A DNA stretch of 32,000 nt, from the NCBI RefSeq assembly GCF_037013405.1, contig NZ_CP146064.1, positions 90,001 through 122,000 of the forward strand, read 5' to 3'. The position numbers and the translations under genes were made by a program. Positions 1-8,911 of this stretch are shown piece after piece (position 1 is the first letter of the stretch; every line of letters begins with the position of its first letter). The notes beneath the pieces were generated by a model that ran no database searches, was not told the origin of the DNA, and saw nothing but the letters and a program-made list of their open reading frames with translations. The DNA comes from Candidatus Nanosynbacter sp. BB002 (lineage in GTDB: Bacteria > Patescibacteriota > Saccharimonadia > Saccharimonadales > Saccharimonadaceae).

Positions 1-940
1 TACTATGCCACTTGATGAGGCGGCGGTCGAACGTTTGGTGTTCCAAATTTTGGATGAAGATCAGCGTCAGATTTTGTTGAAAGACAAAGAGTTTGACTTC
101 AGTTTTGCGTTTGGTACATTGGGGCGATTCCGTGTGAATGCCTTCCATGAAAGAGGTAATTTGGCAGCTGCGCTGCGTCTGATTCCCAACGAAATCAAAT
201 CAGCTACCGAACTTGGTATGCCGCCAATCGTCAATAGTTTCGCCGACTTCCCACGAGGCTTGGTGCTGGTGACGGGTCCGACGGGTTCTGGTAAGTCGAC
301 GACTTTGGCCTCATTGATTGATAAAATCAACTCAGAAAAGTCACACCATATCATTACCATTGAAGACCCAATTGAGTTTACTCACAAATCCAAGCAATCA
401 GTCGTTGTACAGCGAGAAGTTCACTACGATACCTACTCATTCTCAGCGGCCTTGCGATCCAGCTTGCGTCAGGACCCAGACGTGGTGCTGATTGGTGAGA
501 TGCGTGACTTGGAAACTATTTCAGCGGCTATTACCATTGCTGAAACTGGACACTTGGTGTTTGCAACCCTTCACACCAACTCAGCTGCCCAGTCGATTGA
601 CCGTATGATTGACGTGTTCCCGCCACACCAGCAGCCACAAATTCGAGCACAGCTCAGTAATATCTTGATGGCTATTTGTTCACAACGGTTGGTGCCAGCC
701 ATTGGCGGTGGTCGTGTGGTGGCAGCAGAAATCCTCATCGCCAACCCAGCGGTGCGTAACATCATCCGTGAAGGTAAGTCTCACCAGTTGGACGCTGTTA
801 TTCAAACCGGTGCCGAGCAGGGTATGCAGACCATGGACCGAACTCTGGCAAACCTCGTACAGAATGGTACGATTACCTATGATAGCGCACGTGAATTCGC
901 AGTTGATTTGACGGAATTAGAAAGGTTATTGCGAGGATAA
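1..940 (+). CDS. pilT: Type IV pilus retraction ATPase PilT, 5' end cut by window edge
   Basis: ORF 5..940 stays open back to position 2. Walker A GPTGSGKST, Walker B/Asp box VVLIGEMRD, His box ATLHTNSA, PilT-type AVRNIIREGK motif. Alignment by memory starts near residue 40 of PilT, so the true start lies upstream. Confidence 0.9.
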   Translation, partial: TMPLDEAAVERLVFQILDEDQRQILLKDKEFDFSFAFGTLGRFRVNAFHERGNLAAALRLIPNEIKSATELGMPPIVNSFADFPRGLVLVTGPTGSGKSTTLASLIDKINSEKSHHIITIEDPIEFTHKSKQSVVVQREVHYDTYSFSAALRSSLRQDPDVVLIGEMRDLETISAAITIAETGHLVFATLHTNSAAQSIDRMIDVFPPHQQPQIRAQLSNILMAICSQRLVPAIGGGRVVAAEILIANPAVRNIIREGKSHQLDAVIQTGAEQGMQTMDRTLANLVQNGTITYDSAREFAVDLTELERLLRG

Positions 941-943
941 TAT

Positions 944-2155
944 ATGAAAAAATACGCCTACGAAGCCAGGGATAGCGCCAGTAATAAGATAGTCAAATCA
1001 GTGGTTCAGGCTGAGAGTGAGCATGCGGCTGCACGTTTGCTGACTGACCAAGGTTTTGTGCCACTAAAAATTGAGCTTGAGGACGATAAGTCAAATTTTA
1101 TTGATAGAATATTAGGGCGTATCACGTCCAAGGACAAAATATTGTTCACTCGTCAGCTGTCGACGTTGATTGGTGCAGGATTGCCATTGTCGCAAAGTAT
1201 GCGTACGGTGCTAGAACAAACGTCCAATAAGCGCATGCAGGGTATTGTCCAGGAAGTGATCGCTGACATTGAAGGTGGTAAACAGCTATCTGATGCCTTC
1301 TCCAAACATCCTGAGGTGTTTGATAAGCTATTCATCGCCTTAGTTTCAGCGGGTGAGGCTTCTGGAACGTTGGATGAAGCTTTGAAGCGAGTGGCAAACC
1401 AGCAGGAAAAAGATGCGGCAATGATGCGTAAGGTCAAGGGTGCCTTGACATACCCATCAATCGTCCTAGTAGTGATCGTCATGGTGGTTGGTTTTATGAC
1501 GGTTTCGGTTGTACCACAGGTCAAAGGCCTATACAAAGACGTTGGACGAGAACTGCCAATTTTGACGCAAGTGATGGTTAGTATCGCTGATTTCTTCATC
1601 AATTTCTGGTGGCTATTAGCTATTTTACTGGGATTTGGCATTTACTTCTTCGCTCAGTACTTGCAAACAGAGGCGGGCATTCATATGAAGGACAAATTCA
1701 AGCTCAATGTGCCGCTGTTTAAGGGCATGTTCCGTAAGCTCTACATGGCGCGGTTTACCCGAACTGGACAGACGCTATTGTCAACTGGTGTACCAATGCT
1801 TGATATGCTGAAAATCGCTGCAGACGGTGTTAATAACGTTATTGTCAGCGAGGAAATTATGCGCGCTGCTGACAAGGTGAAGGGCGGAAAGGCATTATCT
1901 CTGTCGCTAAAAAATGAGGAATATATGCTGGAAATGGTGCCTCATATGATCAAAATTGGAGAGCAATCAGGTAAGGTTGATGAAATGATGGGCAAAACAG
2001 CTCAGATTTATGAAAATGAGCTTGATGAGGAAATTAAAGCCATATCCACCGCCATCGAGCCAGTATTGATGGTGTTTTTGGCTATTGTAGCAGCTGGTAT
2101 GGTGGGAGCCATTTTGTTCCCAATCTATAGTCTGGTTAACCACGTAGGAATCTAG
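944..2155 (+). CDS. pilC: Type IV pilus platform protein PilC (GspF/T2SSF family)
   Basis: 403 aa with two T2SSF-like repeats (FTRQLSTLIGAGLPL and FTRTGQTLLSTGVPM) and three hydrophobic segments. Starts 4 nt after pilT. Confidence 0.9.
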   Translation: MKKYAYEARDSASNKIVKSVVQAESEHAAARLLTDQGFVPLKIELEDDKSNFIDRILGRITSKDKILFTRQLSTLIGAGLPLSQSMRTVLEQTSNKRMQGIVQEVIADIEGGKQLSDAFSKHPEVFDKLFIALVSAGEASGTLDEALKRVANQQEKDAAMMRKVKGALTYPSIVLVVIVMVVGFMTVSVVPQVKGLYKDVGRELPILTQVMVSIADFFINFWWLLAILLGFGIYFFAQYLQTEAGIHMKDKFKLNVPLFKGMFRKLYMARFTRTGQTLLSTGVPMLDMLKIAADGVNNVIVSEEIMRAADKVKGGKALSLSLKNEEYMLEMVPHMIKIGEQSGKVDEMMGKTAQIYENELDEEIKAISTAIEPVLMVFLAIVAAGMVGAILFPIYSLVNHVGI

Positions 2156-2181
2156 ACAACGTGCTAGTTACCGTGTATTAT
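2153..2181 (+). promoter_or_regulatory. Sigma70-type promoter for the pilin gene
   Basis: TAGACA (2153-2158, overlapping the pilC stop), 17-nt spacer, TATTAT (2176-2181). Leaves about a 49-nt leader carrying the SD aaaggtgg. Confidence 0.5.
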
Positions 2182-2236
2182 AAGGATAAGCACTACCGCT
2201 AACATTAGTAATAGATCATAGAAAGGTGGAAACTTT

Positions 2237-2692
2237 ATGATCAACACACAAGATAAAAAAGGCTTTACGATCATAGAAGTGGTATTGGTTCTGGGTATCG
2301 CAGCACTGATATTCCTAATGGTCTTCATCGCTGTTCCAGTACTAAACCGTAACCAACGTGACACGGCTCGTAAAAACGACTTGAGCCTTGTTTCAACTGC
2401 AGTTACTAACTACTCCAATGCTAACCGTGGCGCGTGGCCAGGCACTGAGAAACTCCGATCATTTTTGGGCACAGATCTGTCAAAATACACCAACAAAGAT
2501 CACGTGTCAGTTGACAGTAAAAAGAATTCAGTTACTGTTAGCGACACCGAAATTCAGGTTGTTACTGGCATGAAATGTGGTGAAAGCTCTAAGGAGAAAC
2601 AGGAATTAGAACCTGGTACTTCACGGCAGTTTGCGGTCGTGGTACTGCTTGAAGGTGGCCCAACTCACTTCTGCCAAGACAGCGGTGCTTAA
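2237..2692 (+). CDS. Type IVa pilin, probable major subunit
   Basis: Class III signal MINTQDKKG/FTIIEVVLVLGIAAL (Gly-1, Phe+1, Glu+5). C-terminal Cys pair (MKCGE ... HFCQD) typical of a disulfide D-region. Good SD, and a strong terminator follows directly. Confidence 0.8.
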   Translation: MINTQDKKGFTIIEVVLVLGIAALIFLMVFIAVPVLNRNQRDTARKNDLSLVSTAVTNYSNANRGAWPGTEKLRSFLGTDLSKYTNKDHVSVDSKKNSVTVSDTEIQVVTGMKCGESSKEKQELEPGTSRQFAVVVLLEGGPTHFCQDSGA

Positions 2693-2709
2693 GAATCAGA
2701 TCAATTATA

Positions 2710-2743
2710 GCAGCCTCGTCATCAACAGAGGCTGCTTTTTTTT
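2710..2743 (+). terminator. Intrinsic terminator after the pilin gene
   Basis: Perfect 8-bp stem gcagcctc (2710-2717) / gaggctgc (2728-2735), 10-nt loop, then 8 consecutive T (2736-2743). Confidence 0.85.
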
Positions 2744-2751
2744 ACTATTTC

Positions 2752-2760
2752 TGCTACCAT
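2752..2760 (+). promoter_or_regulatory. Extended -10 element (TGcTACCAT) 7 nt before the pilD ATG
   Basis: TG at 2752-2753, hexamer TACCAT at 2755-2760, 7-nt spacer, ATG at 2768. Sits immediately after the pilin terminator. Confidence 0.4.
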
Positions 2761-2767
2761 AAGAGGT

Positions 2768-3649
2768 ATGGACAGTTGTATTATGATCATGATGACCGTA
2801 GGGATTGGATTGTTAGGGGCGGTCTTGGGTAGCTTTGCGGGGGCGCAAGTGTGGCGGTTGCGTGCCTGGCAACTGAAACAAGACAAGGCTGCTGGTGAAA
2901 AAATAGACGCTGCTGAATGGAAAAAGCTCAAGCCGCTCATTGGCAAAAAACTCAAAAAAGATCGTTCACAGTGTTTGTCGTGCCATCATGATTTAGCGTG
3001 GAAGGATCTGATACCAGTTTTCAGCTGGCTACGTTTTGGTGGTAAATGTCGGTACTGCAAAGCAAAAATTGGCTATACAGAAATTTTGTTAGAAATTGGC
3101 CTGGGAGCTTTGTTTGCGCTTTCGGTATGGTTTTGGCCAGAATCGCTTTCTGATCTAGGACTGTTACGGGCGATTGTATGGCTGTCAGCTTTGGTGCCAT
3201 TAACAATATTGTTCGTTTACGATCTAAGATGGTCCATTTTGCCTGATATTGCCATGTGGCCATTCGTTGGGTTGGGCGGTATTTTTGTAGCTACGCAATT
3301 CATCACCTCTTCGGATAGCCTTGGTCTCTTTATGACACTCAGTGGAGCAGTAGCTATTTTAAGCGGCTTATATCTTGTGCTGTATGCCATTTCCAAAGGT
3401 GAGTGGATTGGGTTTGGGGACGTCAAGCTCGGTCTTGGTTTGGCATTATTCTTGGCTGATTGGAAGTTGGCGTTTTTATGCCTCTTCGCAGCTAATCTCC
3501 TCGGTACGCTGATGGTCCTGCCTGGGATGGTGCGAGGAACACTAGACCGTAAGGCTAAGGTGCCGTTTGGGCCGCTCTTGATAGTTGGATTTTTGCTGAC
3601 ATGGTTTATTGGTCCGGAAATTATCCGTGGATTGTTTCCACTGATATGA
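2768..3649 (+). CDS. pilD: Prepilin peptidase / N-methyltransferase PilD (peptidase A24)
   Basis: Polytopic membrane protein with a CxxC...CxxC zinc motif (CLSCHH ... CRYCKAKI), GFGDVKLG aspartyl motif and C-terminal PFGPLL. In-frame alternative ATGs lie at 2783-2792. Confidence 0.85.
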   Translation: MDSCIMIMMTVGIGLLGAVLGSFAGAQVWRLRAWQLKQDKAAGEKIDAAEWKKLKPLIGKKLKKDRSQCLSCHHDLAWKDLIPVFSWLRFGGKCRYCKAKIGYTEILLEIGLGALFALSVWFWPESLSDLGLLRAIVWLSALVPLTILFVYDLRWSILPDIAMWPFVGLGGIFVATQFITSSDSLGLFMTLSGAVAILSGLYLVLYAISKGEWIGFGDVKLGLGLALFLADWKLAFLCLFAANLLGTLMVLPGMVRGTLDRKAKVPFGPLLIVGFLLTWFIGPEIIRGLFPLI

Positions 3650-3668
3650 TGGCTAAAGAAAACGCTTA

Positions 3669-3677
3669 TGCTATACT
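3669..3677 (+). promoter_or_regulatory. Extended -10 element (TGcTATACT) placing +1 on the ATG of the minor-pilin operon
   Basis: TG at 3669-3670, TATACT at 3672-3677, 6-nt spacer, ATG at 3684. No SD is present. Confidence 0.5.
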
Positions 3678-3683
3678 AGAAGT

Positions 3684-4370
3684 ATGCGACGACAGGGTGG
3701 CTTTACTGTAATTGAAGTAACAATGTTTCTAGCAATCTCCGGCACTATGGCGATTGCGTTGTTGGCTGGTATCGGCGTAGCCATTCAGCGCCAACAGTAT
3801 CGCGACGCTGTCCAATCTTATGCCAATTTTTTAACGGAACAATACTCAAAGGTTATTAGTATAGAAAACGACCGACAGCCAACAGATCCGTGTCCCATTC
3901 CGGGGGCTAGCGTCAATGGCTATCGGGGGCAGTCGAACTGTGTGATTGTTGGGCGTTACATCATTGGCGAAGATCAGGGCAGGAGCTTCCGTGTGAAGCT
4001 AATCTATGCATTGCTTGGGGCTGACGGGAAAACCTGGTCATATCGATCGTCAAATAACAATGTCGCCGAATATCAAACCAACTGGAGTGTAAAAACAGCT
4101 CTTGCTGAGCCGTCTGGCGCCGGCTTGTCGGTTGCCATGGTTCGCAACCCTGCTACTGGAGAATTAGCGATACGCTCAGATTCACGCACCTATCCAGATG
4201 ATAAAATTAATGAACTACTGACGAGTAGTGGCGACGTGACGTATGAGGTTTGTATATATGATGAAAAATGGTTCTCTCCAGAGCGTTTGTCAGTCTTTAT
4301 TGGTGCGCGTGCTGGATCAAGTGAGGCATTGACAGTGAAGGGGGCGGGAGATGCATGTAAAGCGCTGTAG
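3684..4370 (+). CDS. Minor pilin / pseudopilin with prepilin-type N-terminus
   Basis: MRRQGG/FTVIEVTMFLAISG: Gly-1, Phe+1, Glu+5 and a hydrophobic helix. Lies in the pilus operon. Confidence 0.75.
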   Translation: MRRQGGFTVIEVTMFLAISGTMAIALLAGIGVAIQRQQYRDAVQSYANFLTEQYSKVISIENDRQPTDPCPIPGASVNGYRGQSNCVIVGRYIIGEDQGRSFRVKLIYALLGADGKTWSYRSSNNNVAEYQTNWSVKTALAEPSGAGLSVAMVRNPATGELAIRSDSRTYPDDKINELLTSSGDVTYEVCIYDEKWFSPERLSVFIGARAGSSEALTVKGAGDACKAL

Positions 4371-4902
4371 ACATCAGGCTGGAGATACCCTGATTGAGGT
4401 CATGTTGGCGACTGCTGTTTTTAGTGCAGTTGCTGTTGGTTGTCTGACAGTGATGAACCGTGGACTATCCATAGCCCAGCAATCTCTTGAGTCGACACTG
4501 GTCCGTCAGCAAATTGATGCACAGGCAGAGATGCTCCGTTTTGTGCACAACAACTCTCATAAAGGGGATGTGACCATGGCTGAGCTGTGGAATAATCTGC
4601 CCAAAAAAGATGCGGCAAATGAGATGTTAAGCGTTGATACCTGCCCGGATCACTTTGGTGATGGTGAATTTGCATTGCGTTCACGCAGCGATTCGCTTGG
4701 TCGAGTGTCGACGTATATGCCAGCTCAAGTGTATGCCAAACAAGAGGGTGATGTTTCATACGGTATTTCTGTGCAATTGGTGCATGTCACCGGTGGATCT
4801 GCCTACGATGCGTATATTCAGGCTTGTTGGTACGCGCCAAGTCAGCCAAGGCCTGTGACGATAGGAACGATTGTGAGGTTATATGCACCAGAGAAGAGCT
4901 AA
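4351..4902 (+). CDS. Pilin-like protein with atypical prepilin site (Asp at +1)
   Basis: MHVKRCRHQAG/DTLIEVMLATAVFSAV: Gly-1 and Glu+5 are conserved but +1 is Asp. Overlaps the upstream gene by 20 nt. Confidence 0.55.
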   Translation: MHVKRCRHQAGDTLIEVMLATAVFSAVAVGCLTVMNRGLSIAQQSLESTLVRQQIDAQAEMLRFVHNNSHKGDVTMAELWNNLPKKDAANEMLSVDTCPDHFGDGEFALRSRSDSLGRVSTYMPAQVYAKQEGDVSYGISVQLVHVTGGSAYDAYIQACWYAPSQPRPVTIGTIVRLYAPEKS

Positions 4903-5593
4903 TTCAGGATTTACCTTAGTAGAGCTGATGTTGGCGATGGCATTTGTATCAGTATTGCTATTGTCTGTTGCTATGGTCGCTGTTCAGGCTGGCAAAATAT
5001 ATAACCGCGGTACCGTCATGAAGACAGTTAATCAGTCGGGTAGAACGATTAGTGATGTCATTCGTCGAGACTTTCTACAGAGTAGCGCCACTAAGATTGT
5101 CAACTCAGCCAACCCAGTTATTTTAGTCCGTGAATCTGGGTCAGTTAGAAGCGGTCGTGTATGTTTGGGTCAATATTCCTACGTTTGGAACATGGCTTCC
5201 GCGATTGATGATCCAGTGATTCGCCGGAGTGGCAGTGGAGTTGTTCGCTCTAATGGTCAGGCTATTAACCTAGCGCGAATATTGGATGAAGATGCTGCGT
5301 TGTGTCAATCGACCTCAGGTTCATATCCGATGGACATCGAGCCAGAGCGAGTTACGCATTTGCTGCGGCCTATTGATGGCACTGATGTAGCCATTGCCGT
5401 GCATGATTTTACGGCGTCTCGCGTTACGTCAGCTAATAATTCAGAGGCGCTGTACAAAGTATCGTTCACACTGGGGACAAGTGCTGTTGCCGAGCTGCAG
5501 GACATGGCCTGTAAGCCACCAGAAGACAATGAGGCCAATTTCAATTTCTGTGCAATTAATAATTTTGAGATGATAGTGAGGACCAATGGATAA
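4883..5593 (+). CDS. Minor pilin / pseudopilin
   Basis: MHQRRANSG/FTLVELMLAMAFVSVLL is a canonical prepilin motif. Overlaps the upstream gene by 20 nt. Confidence 0.75.
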   Translation: MHQRRANSGFTLVELMLAMAFVSVLLLSVAMVAVQAGKIYNRGTVMKTVNQSGRTISDVIRRDFLQSSATKIVNSANPVILVRESGSVRSGRVCLGQYSYVWNMASAIDDPVIRRSGSGVVRSNGQAINLARILDEDAALCQSTSGSYPMDIEPERVTHLLRPIDGTDVAIAVHDFTASRVTSANNSEALYKVSFTLGTSAVAELQDMACKPPEDNEANFNFCAINNFEMIVRTNG

Positions 5594-6713
5594 GAGAAAA
5601 GAATCGGGCGCAGCATCTTTGTTTGCAGTCATTTTTTCGGCAATGTTATTGACCATTCTAGCAGCTGGCTTTGTGAAATTAATGCTCAAAGATCAGCAGC
5701 AAGCCATCAATAACGACTTGTCGCAAAGTGCCTATGATGCCGCGCTGGCTGGTGTGGAAGACGCAAAACGCGTGATTCGTGCGTGTCAGAAGGGCAATGC
5801 TTCGGCATGTGATGCCCTGGAAAAGAAAGATTGCAACAGTGTTCGTCAATCATCGGTATTGGGAGGTGCTGGCAATGCGCAAGAAACCTTGGTCCAAACC
5901 AACAGTTCAAACGGTAGGAAATTCGATCAGGCGTATACCTGTCTGAAGGTTTCTATGGATACTGAAGATTTCTTGTATGTAGGAGCGGAAAATAAGGTGC
6001 AATTGGTGCCGTTGCGTGCTCGGGGAGCGTTCGATAAAGTGATAATCGAGTGGTTTAACAAAGAAGACAATGCCAATAAAAACGTGGCGTTAGCGGATGT
6101 TCACAATGGCGATATTGGTCTACCAGAAAAGGCTACTTGGAGTGCCCAAGCTCCAGCTGTTTTGCGTGCTCAGGTTATTACACCAGGCAATAATTTCACC
6201 ATAGATAGCCTAGATTCTTCGTCGGCATCGCAGGCGGTCTTCTTGCGCCCTAACGGTATCGTTTCAGGGGTGCCAGCGGTAGAGAATGTAGTGCACAAGG
6301 GTTCATTACGCCGCGCTACTGATACGCCAACGACTCGCAACGAACCAACAGGGGTATTATGTTCTAAGGATTTTGCACATCCTCATGGTCATTCATGTAG
6401 AGCTATTATTGAGCTTGATGAGGTGAGCCCGGAAGCCAGCGCAAATGCCTTTCTAGCGATAAATCACCTCTACAAGGGCGCTAATGTGCGTGTATCTGTC
6501 ATGAAAGGAACGGAGCAAGTTATGCTCTATGGTGCTCAGCCGGCGGTTGACTCGACAGGTCGAGCAAATAATCTGTTCCGTCGTGTAGAAGCGCGCCTCC
6601 GACTTGGTGAGGATATATGGTATCCAGCCGGATCTGTGGAAGTATTAAATAACTTGTGTAAGGATTTCTCACTTGCTGGCAATATCGTAGAAGGCGGAGC
6701 TTGCGACTCCTAA
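5586..6713 (+). CDS. PilX-N-like pilus-associated protein
   Basis: N-terminus ESGAASLFAVIFSAMLLTILAAGF resembles the PilX N-terminal domain (no Gly/Phe/Glu cleavage motif). Large Cys-containing ectodomain. Overlaps the upstream gene by 8 nt. Confidence 0.55.
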   Translation: MDKRKESGAASLFAVIFSAMLLTILAAGFVKLMLKDQQQAINNDLSQSAYDAALAGVEDAKRVIRACQKGNASACDALEKKDCNSVRQSSVLGGAGNAQETLVQTNSSNGRKFDQAYTCLKVSMDTEDFLYVGAENKVQLVPLRARGAFDKVIIEWFNKEDNANKNVALADVHNGDIGLPEKATWSAQAPAVLRAQVITPGNNFTIDSLDSSSASQAVFLRPNGIVSGVPAVENVVHKGSLRRATDTPTTRNEPTGVLCSKDFAHPHGHSCRAIIELDEVSPEASANAFLAINHLYKGANVRVSVMKGTEQVMLYGAQPAVDSTGRANNLFRRVEARLRLGEDIWYPAGSVEVLNNLCKDFSLAGNIVEGGACDS

Positions 6714-6716
6714 ATC

Positions 6717-7640
6717 CTACTGAGAAGTATCGCTGTGAAAGCGTTCGTGTATGTCTTTTAAGTGTTGGTCAGTGACGTGCGTATACACCTGAGTAGTGGA
6801 TATACTACTATGACCCAAGAGTGATTGAACTGAGCGTAAATCAGCGCCGTTCATTAACAAGTCCGTAGCAAAACTGTGTCTCATAGTGTGTGGGCTGACA
6901 TGTTTAGTTATCCCCGCTAGGCGAGCATAGTGTGAGATCATTCGTTGAATACTGCGTGCAGATAAGCGACGATAATCGCCTGATGTGGTTGGCTTGGTTG
7001 ATCGCCTACTGTAGTTGAGAAAAAGGGCAGGCAGGCTATCTTGACGAGCTTGTAGGTAATTTTCGACGTGTTCAGCGGCATGTTGTGAAACAAACACTGG
7101 TCGGTCTTTTTGGCCTTTTCCACGCACCATAAACTCTCGTCGTTTGAGGTTGATGTGGTCTCGATTGAGATTAACGAGCTCCGACACGCGCAGCCCGCTG
7201 GAAAAGAGTAGCTCGATGATTGCTCGGTCGCGCAAACCTTGCTCACTGTCTAGTGGTATATTGTCTATCAGATTAACCACCTCGTCGTATTGTAAAAAAG
7301 TCACCTGTTTGCGAACCGTCTTCGGCAAGATGATTTTGTCGGCAGATAATGAGGGGATATCACGCCGCGACAGATAGGTGAGAAAGCCACGCAGCGCAAT
7401 CAAGTGGTAGCTCTGTGTTAAAATTGACAACTCTTTGCCATCGTTGTCATTTTTATAACGATTTAACCACAGGCGATAGCGCCGAATCATCTCTGATGTA
7501 ATTTTTACTACTTCTATGTCGCCAGCAAATTCAATGAATCGTTCCAGATATAACGAATAGTTTCGGATGGTATTTTGGCTTCTACCGCCCTCTATCTCTA
7601 AATGCTCCAGGAAATCAGTTAGTGCCTCTGATACAAACAT
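6717..7640 (-). CDS. Tyrosine recombinase, XerC/XerD-like
   Basis: C-terminal RHSFATDLL ... LLGHSSISTTQVYTHV catalytic motifs and an N-terminal SAM-like core-binding domain (SQNTIRNYSLYLERF). The track start at 7703 is TTG. I prefer ATG 7640 (307 aa) because TACAAT lies 6 nt upstream and the ndk promoter occupies 7688-7696. Confidence 0.85.
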   Translation of the reverse strand: MFVSEALTDFLEHLEIEGGRSQNTIRNYSLYLERFIEFAGDIEVVKITSEMIRRYRLWLNRYKNDNDGKELSILTQSYHLIALRGFLTYLSRRDIPSLSADKIILPKTVRKQVTFLQYDEVVNLIDNIPLDSEQGLRDRAIIELLFSSGLRVSELVNLNRDHINLKRREFMVRGKGQKDRPVFVSQHAAEHVENYLQARQDSLPALFLNYSRRSTKPTTSGDYRRLSARSIQRMISHYARLAGITKHVSPHTMRHSFATDLLMNGADLRSVQSLLGHSSISTTQVYTHVTDQHLKDIHERFHSDTSQ

Positions 7641-7687
7641 AAGCCTATTGTACGGGTATTTAGGCAGTTTATCAAATAATGGCTTTT

Positions 7688-7696
7688 TGCTATCAT
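7688..7696 (+). promoter_or_regulatory. Extended -10 element (TGcTATCAT) for ndk
   Basis: TG at 7688-7689 and TATCAT at 7691-7696. Leaves about a 22-nt leader with the SD aaaggag before ATG 7725. Confidence 0.45.
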
Positions 7697-7724
7697 AAGA
7701 CAAATACTAACGAAAGGAGCTACA

Positions 7725-8252
7725 ATGGCAAGTAATGATGGAAAGGTTTTCTGTGGAGTTGAGCGAACACTGATTGTATTCAAACCAGACGCAGTCCAGC
7801 GGGGAATTGTGGGGGAAATTTTACAACGCTTTGAGCGAGTTGGTCTAAAGATTATTGGTGTCAAGATGGTATCTCCAGACAGGGAACATTATCAAAAACA
7901 CTATGAGGGCATTGGCAAATTAGCAACTCGTCGTGGTGAAGAGACCCTCAATATTACACTAGATATGATGATGGATGGTCCAGTGATTGCCATGGTGCTC
8001 GAGGGTGTGGAAGCTGTAGCAGTGGTTCGTAAAATTGTTGGCCCAACCGAACCGAAATCTGCTGACATGGGTACAATCCGTGGTGACTACTCACACGTCA
8101 GCTTTGGTTATGCCGACTCATGCCGTAAGGGCATTCCAAACCTGATCCATGCCTCTGGCGACTCTGAAGAGGCCGTTCAAGAGATTGCCCACTGGTTTGA
8201 AGAGGCAGAATTGGTAAATTATACAACACTGAGTGAAAAATTTACTCGATAA
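7725..8252 (+). CDS. ndk: Nucleoside diphosphate kinase
   Basis: FKPDAV start of the NDK fold and active-site His motif NLIHASGDSEEAVQEIAHWF. Confidence 0.9.
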   Translation: MASNDGKVFCGVERTLIVFKPDAVQRGIVGEILQRFERVGLKIIGVKMVSPDREHYQKHYEGIGKLATRRGEETLNITLDMMMDGPVIAMVLEGVEAVAVVRKIVGPTEPKSADMGTIRGDYSHVSFGYADSCRKGIPNLIHASGDSEEAVQEIAHWFEEAELVNYTTLSEKFTR

Positions 8253-8277
8253 CACTGGTATATCCACAGAGTTACCG

Positions 8278-8286
8278 TGGTATAAT
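8278..8286 (+). promoter_or_regulatory. Extended -10 element (TGgTATAAT) for tRNA-Arg
   Basis: TG at 8278-8279 and TATAAT at 8281-8286. Predicted +1 is about 2 nt before the mature tRNA 5' end. Confidence 0.5.
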
Positions 8287-8294
8287 AGTAATAT

Positions 8295-8371
8295 GCCTCG
8301 GTAGCTCAACTGGATAGAGCAGATCCGTCCTAAGGATAAGGTTGTAGGTTCGACTCCTGCCCGGGGTACCA
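8295..8371 (+). tRNA. tRNA-Arg (anticodon CCT), CCA encoded
   Basis: Hand-folded cloverleaf: acceptor gcctcgg/ccggggt (two G-U pairs), D arm gctc/gagc, anticodon loop gtCCTaa, T arm gtagg-ttcgact-cctgc, discriminator A, then CCA. One G-A mismatch closes the anticodon stem. Confidence 0.88.
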
Positions 8372-8377
8372 TAGACT

Positions 8378-8911
8378 ATGACAAAGAAGACTAAAACAGT
8401 TAAGGCTTTTGATGGCCAACGCGATGGCGAGGAGTTGTTGTTTGTCTTTCGTCGCCACATTATTGCCATGCGCAAAGGTTTCTATTGTCTGCTATTACCG
8501 ATGACATTTGGTGCAGTGCCGTTTTTGATTTGGCAAAGTAACCTCGAACTGCTGTGGGTATTCTTTGGTAGCTTTATCTTTGGGCTATTGTTGTTTATTT
8601 ATCATTTTCTCATGTGGTTTTTTACCTACTTCATCGTGACGGATCGGCGAATTCGCCAGGTTACGCAACGTGGGTTCTTTGGTAAGGATGTTGTAGAATT
8701 GCAACTACGAAAAATTCAAACTATCAGTTATAATATCCCAGGGTTCAGCGGCGAAATGTTCAAGTTTGGAACGATTATTATTCAAACATTTGTCGGTGAT
8801 CTTGTGATTAAGAATGTGGAACACCCAAATAAAATTTACAACATGTTGCAAGATGCAGTAGAAATAGCGAATGAAAGGAATAGTCATGATCAAGAAAGCA
8901 CTGAAGCGTAA
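8378..8911 (+). CDS. Membrane protein with bacterial PH-like (bPH_2/DUF304-type) domain
   Basis: Two TM helices followed by YFIVTDRRIRQVTQRG ... FGTIIIQT, the YdbS/YdbT-like pattern as remembered. Starts 6 nt after the tRNA CCA with no SD. Confidence 0.6.
   Translation: MTKKTKTVKAFDGQRDGEELLFVFRRHIIAMRKGFYCLLLPMTFGAVPFLIWQSNLELLWVFFGSFIFGLLLFIYHFLMWFFTYFIVTDRRIRQVTQRGFFGKDVVELQLRKIQTISYNIPGFSGEMFKFGTIIIQTFVGDLVIKNVEHPNKIYNMLQDAVEIANERNSHDQESTEA

Noticed and set aside
8118-8475. Minus-strand ORFs 8118..8372 and 8272..8475, and likewise 9847..10146.
   Set aside because: They read through the reverse complements of tRNA-Arg and tRNA-Thr (typical ...GVEPTT.../...RIRTGD... artefact peptides) and overlap ndk or real membrane ORFs.
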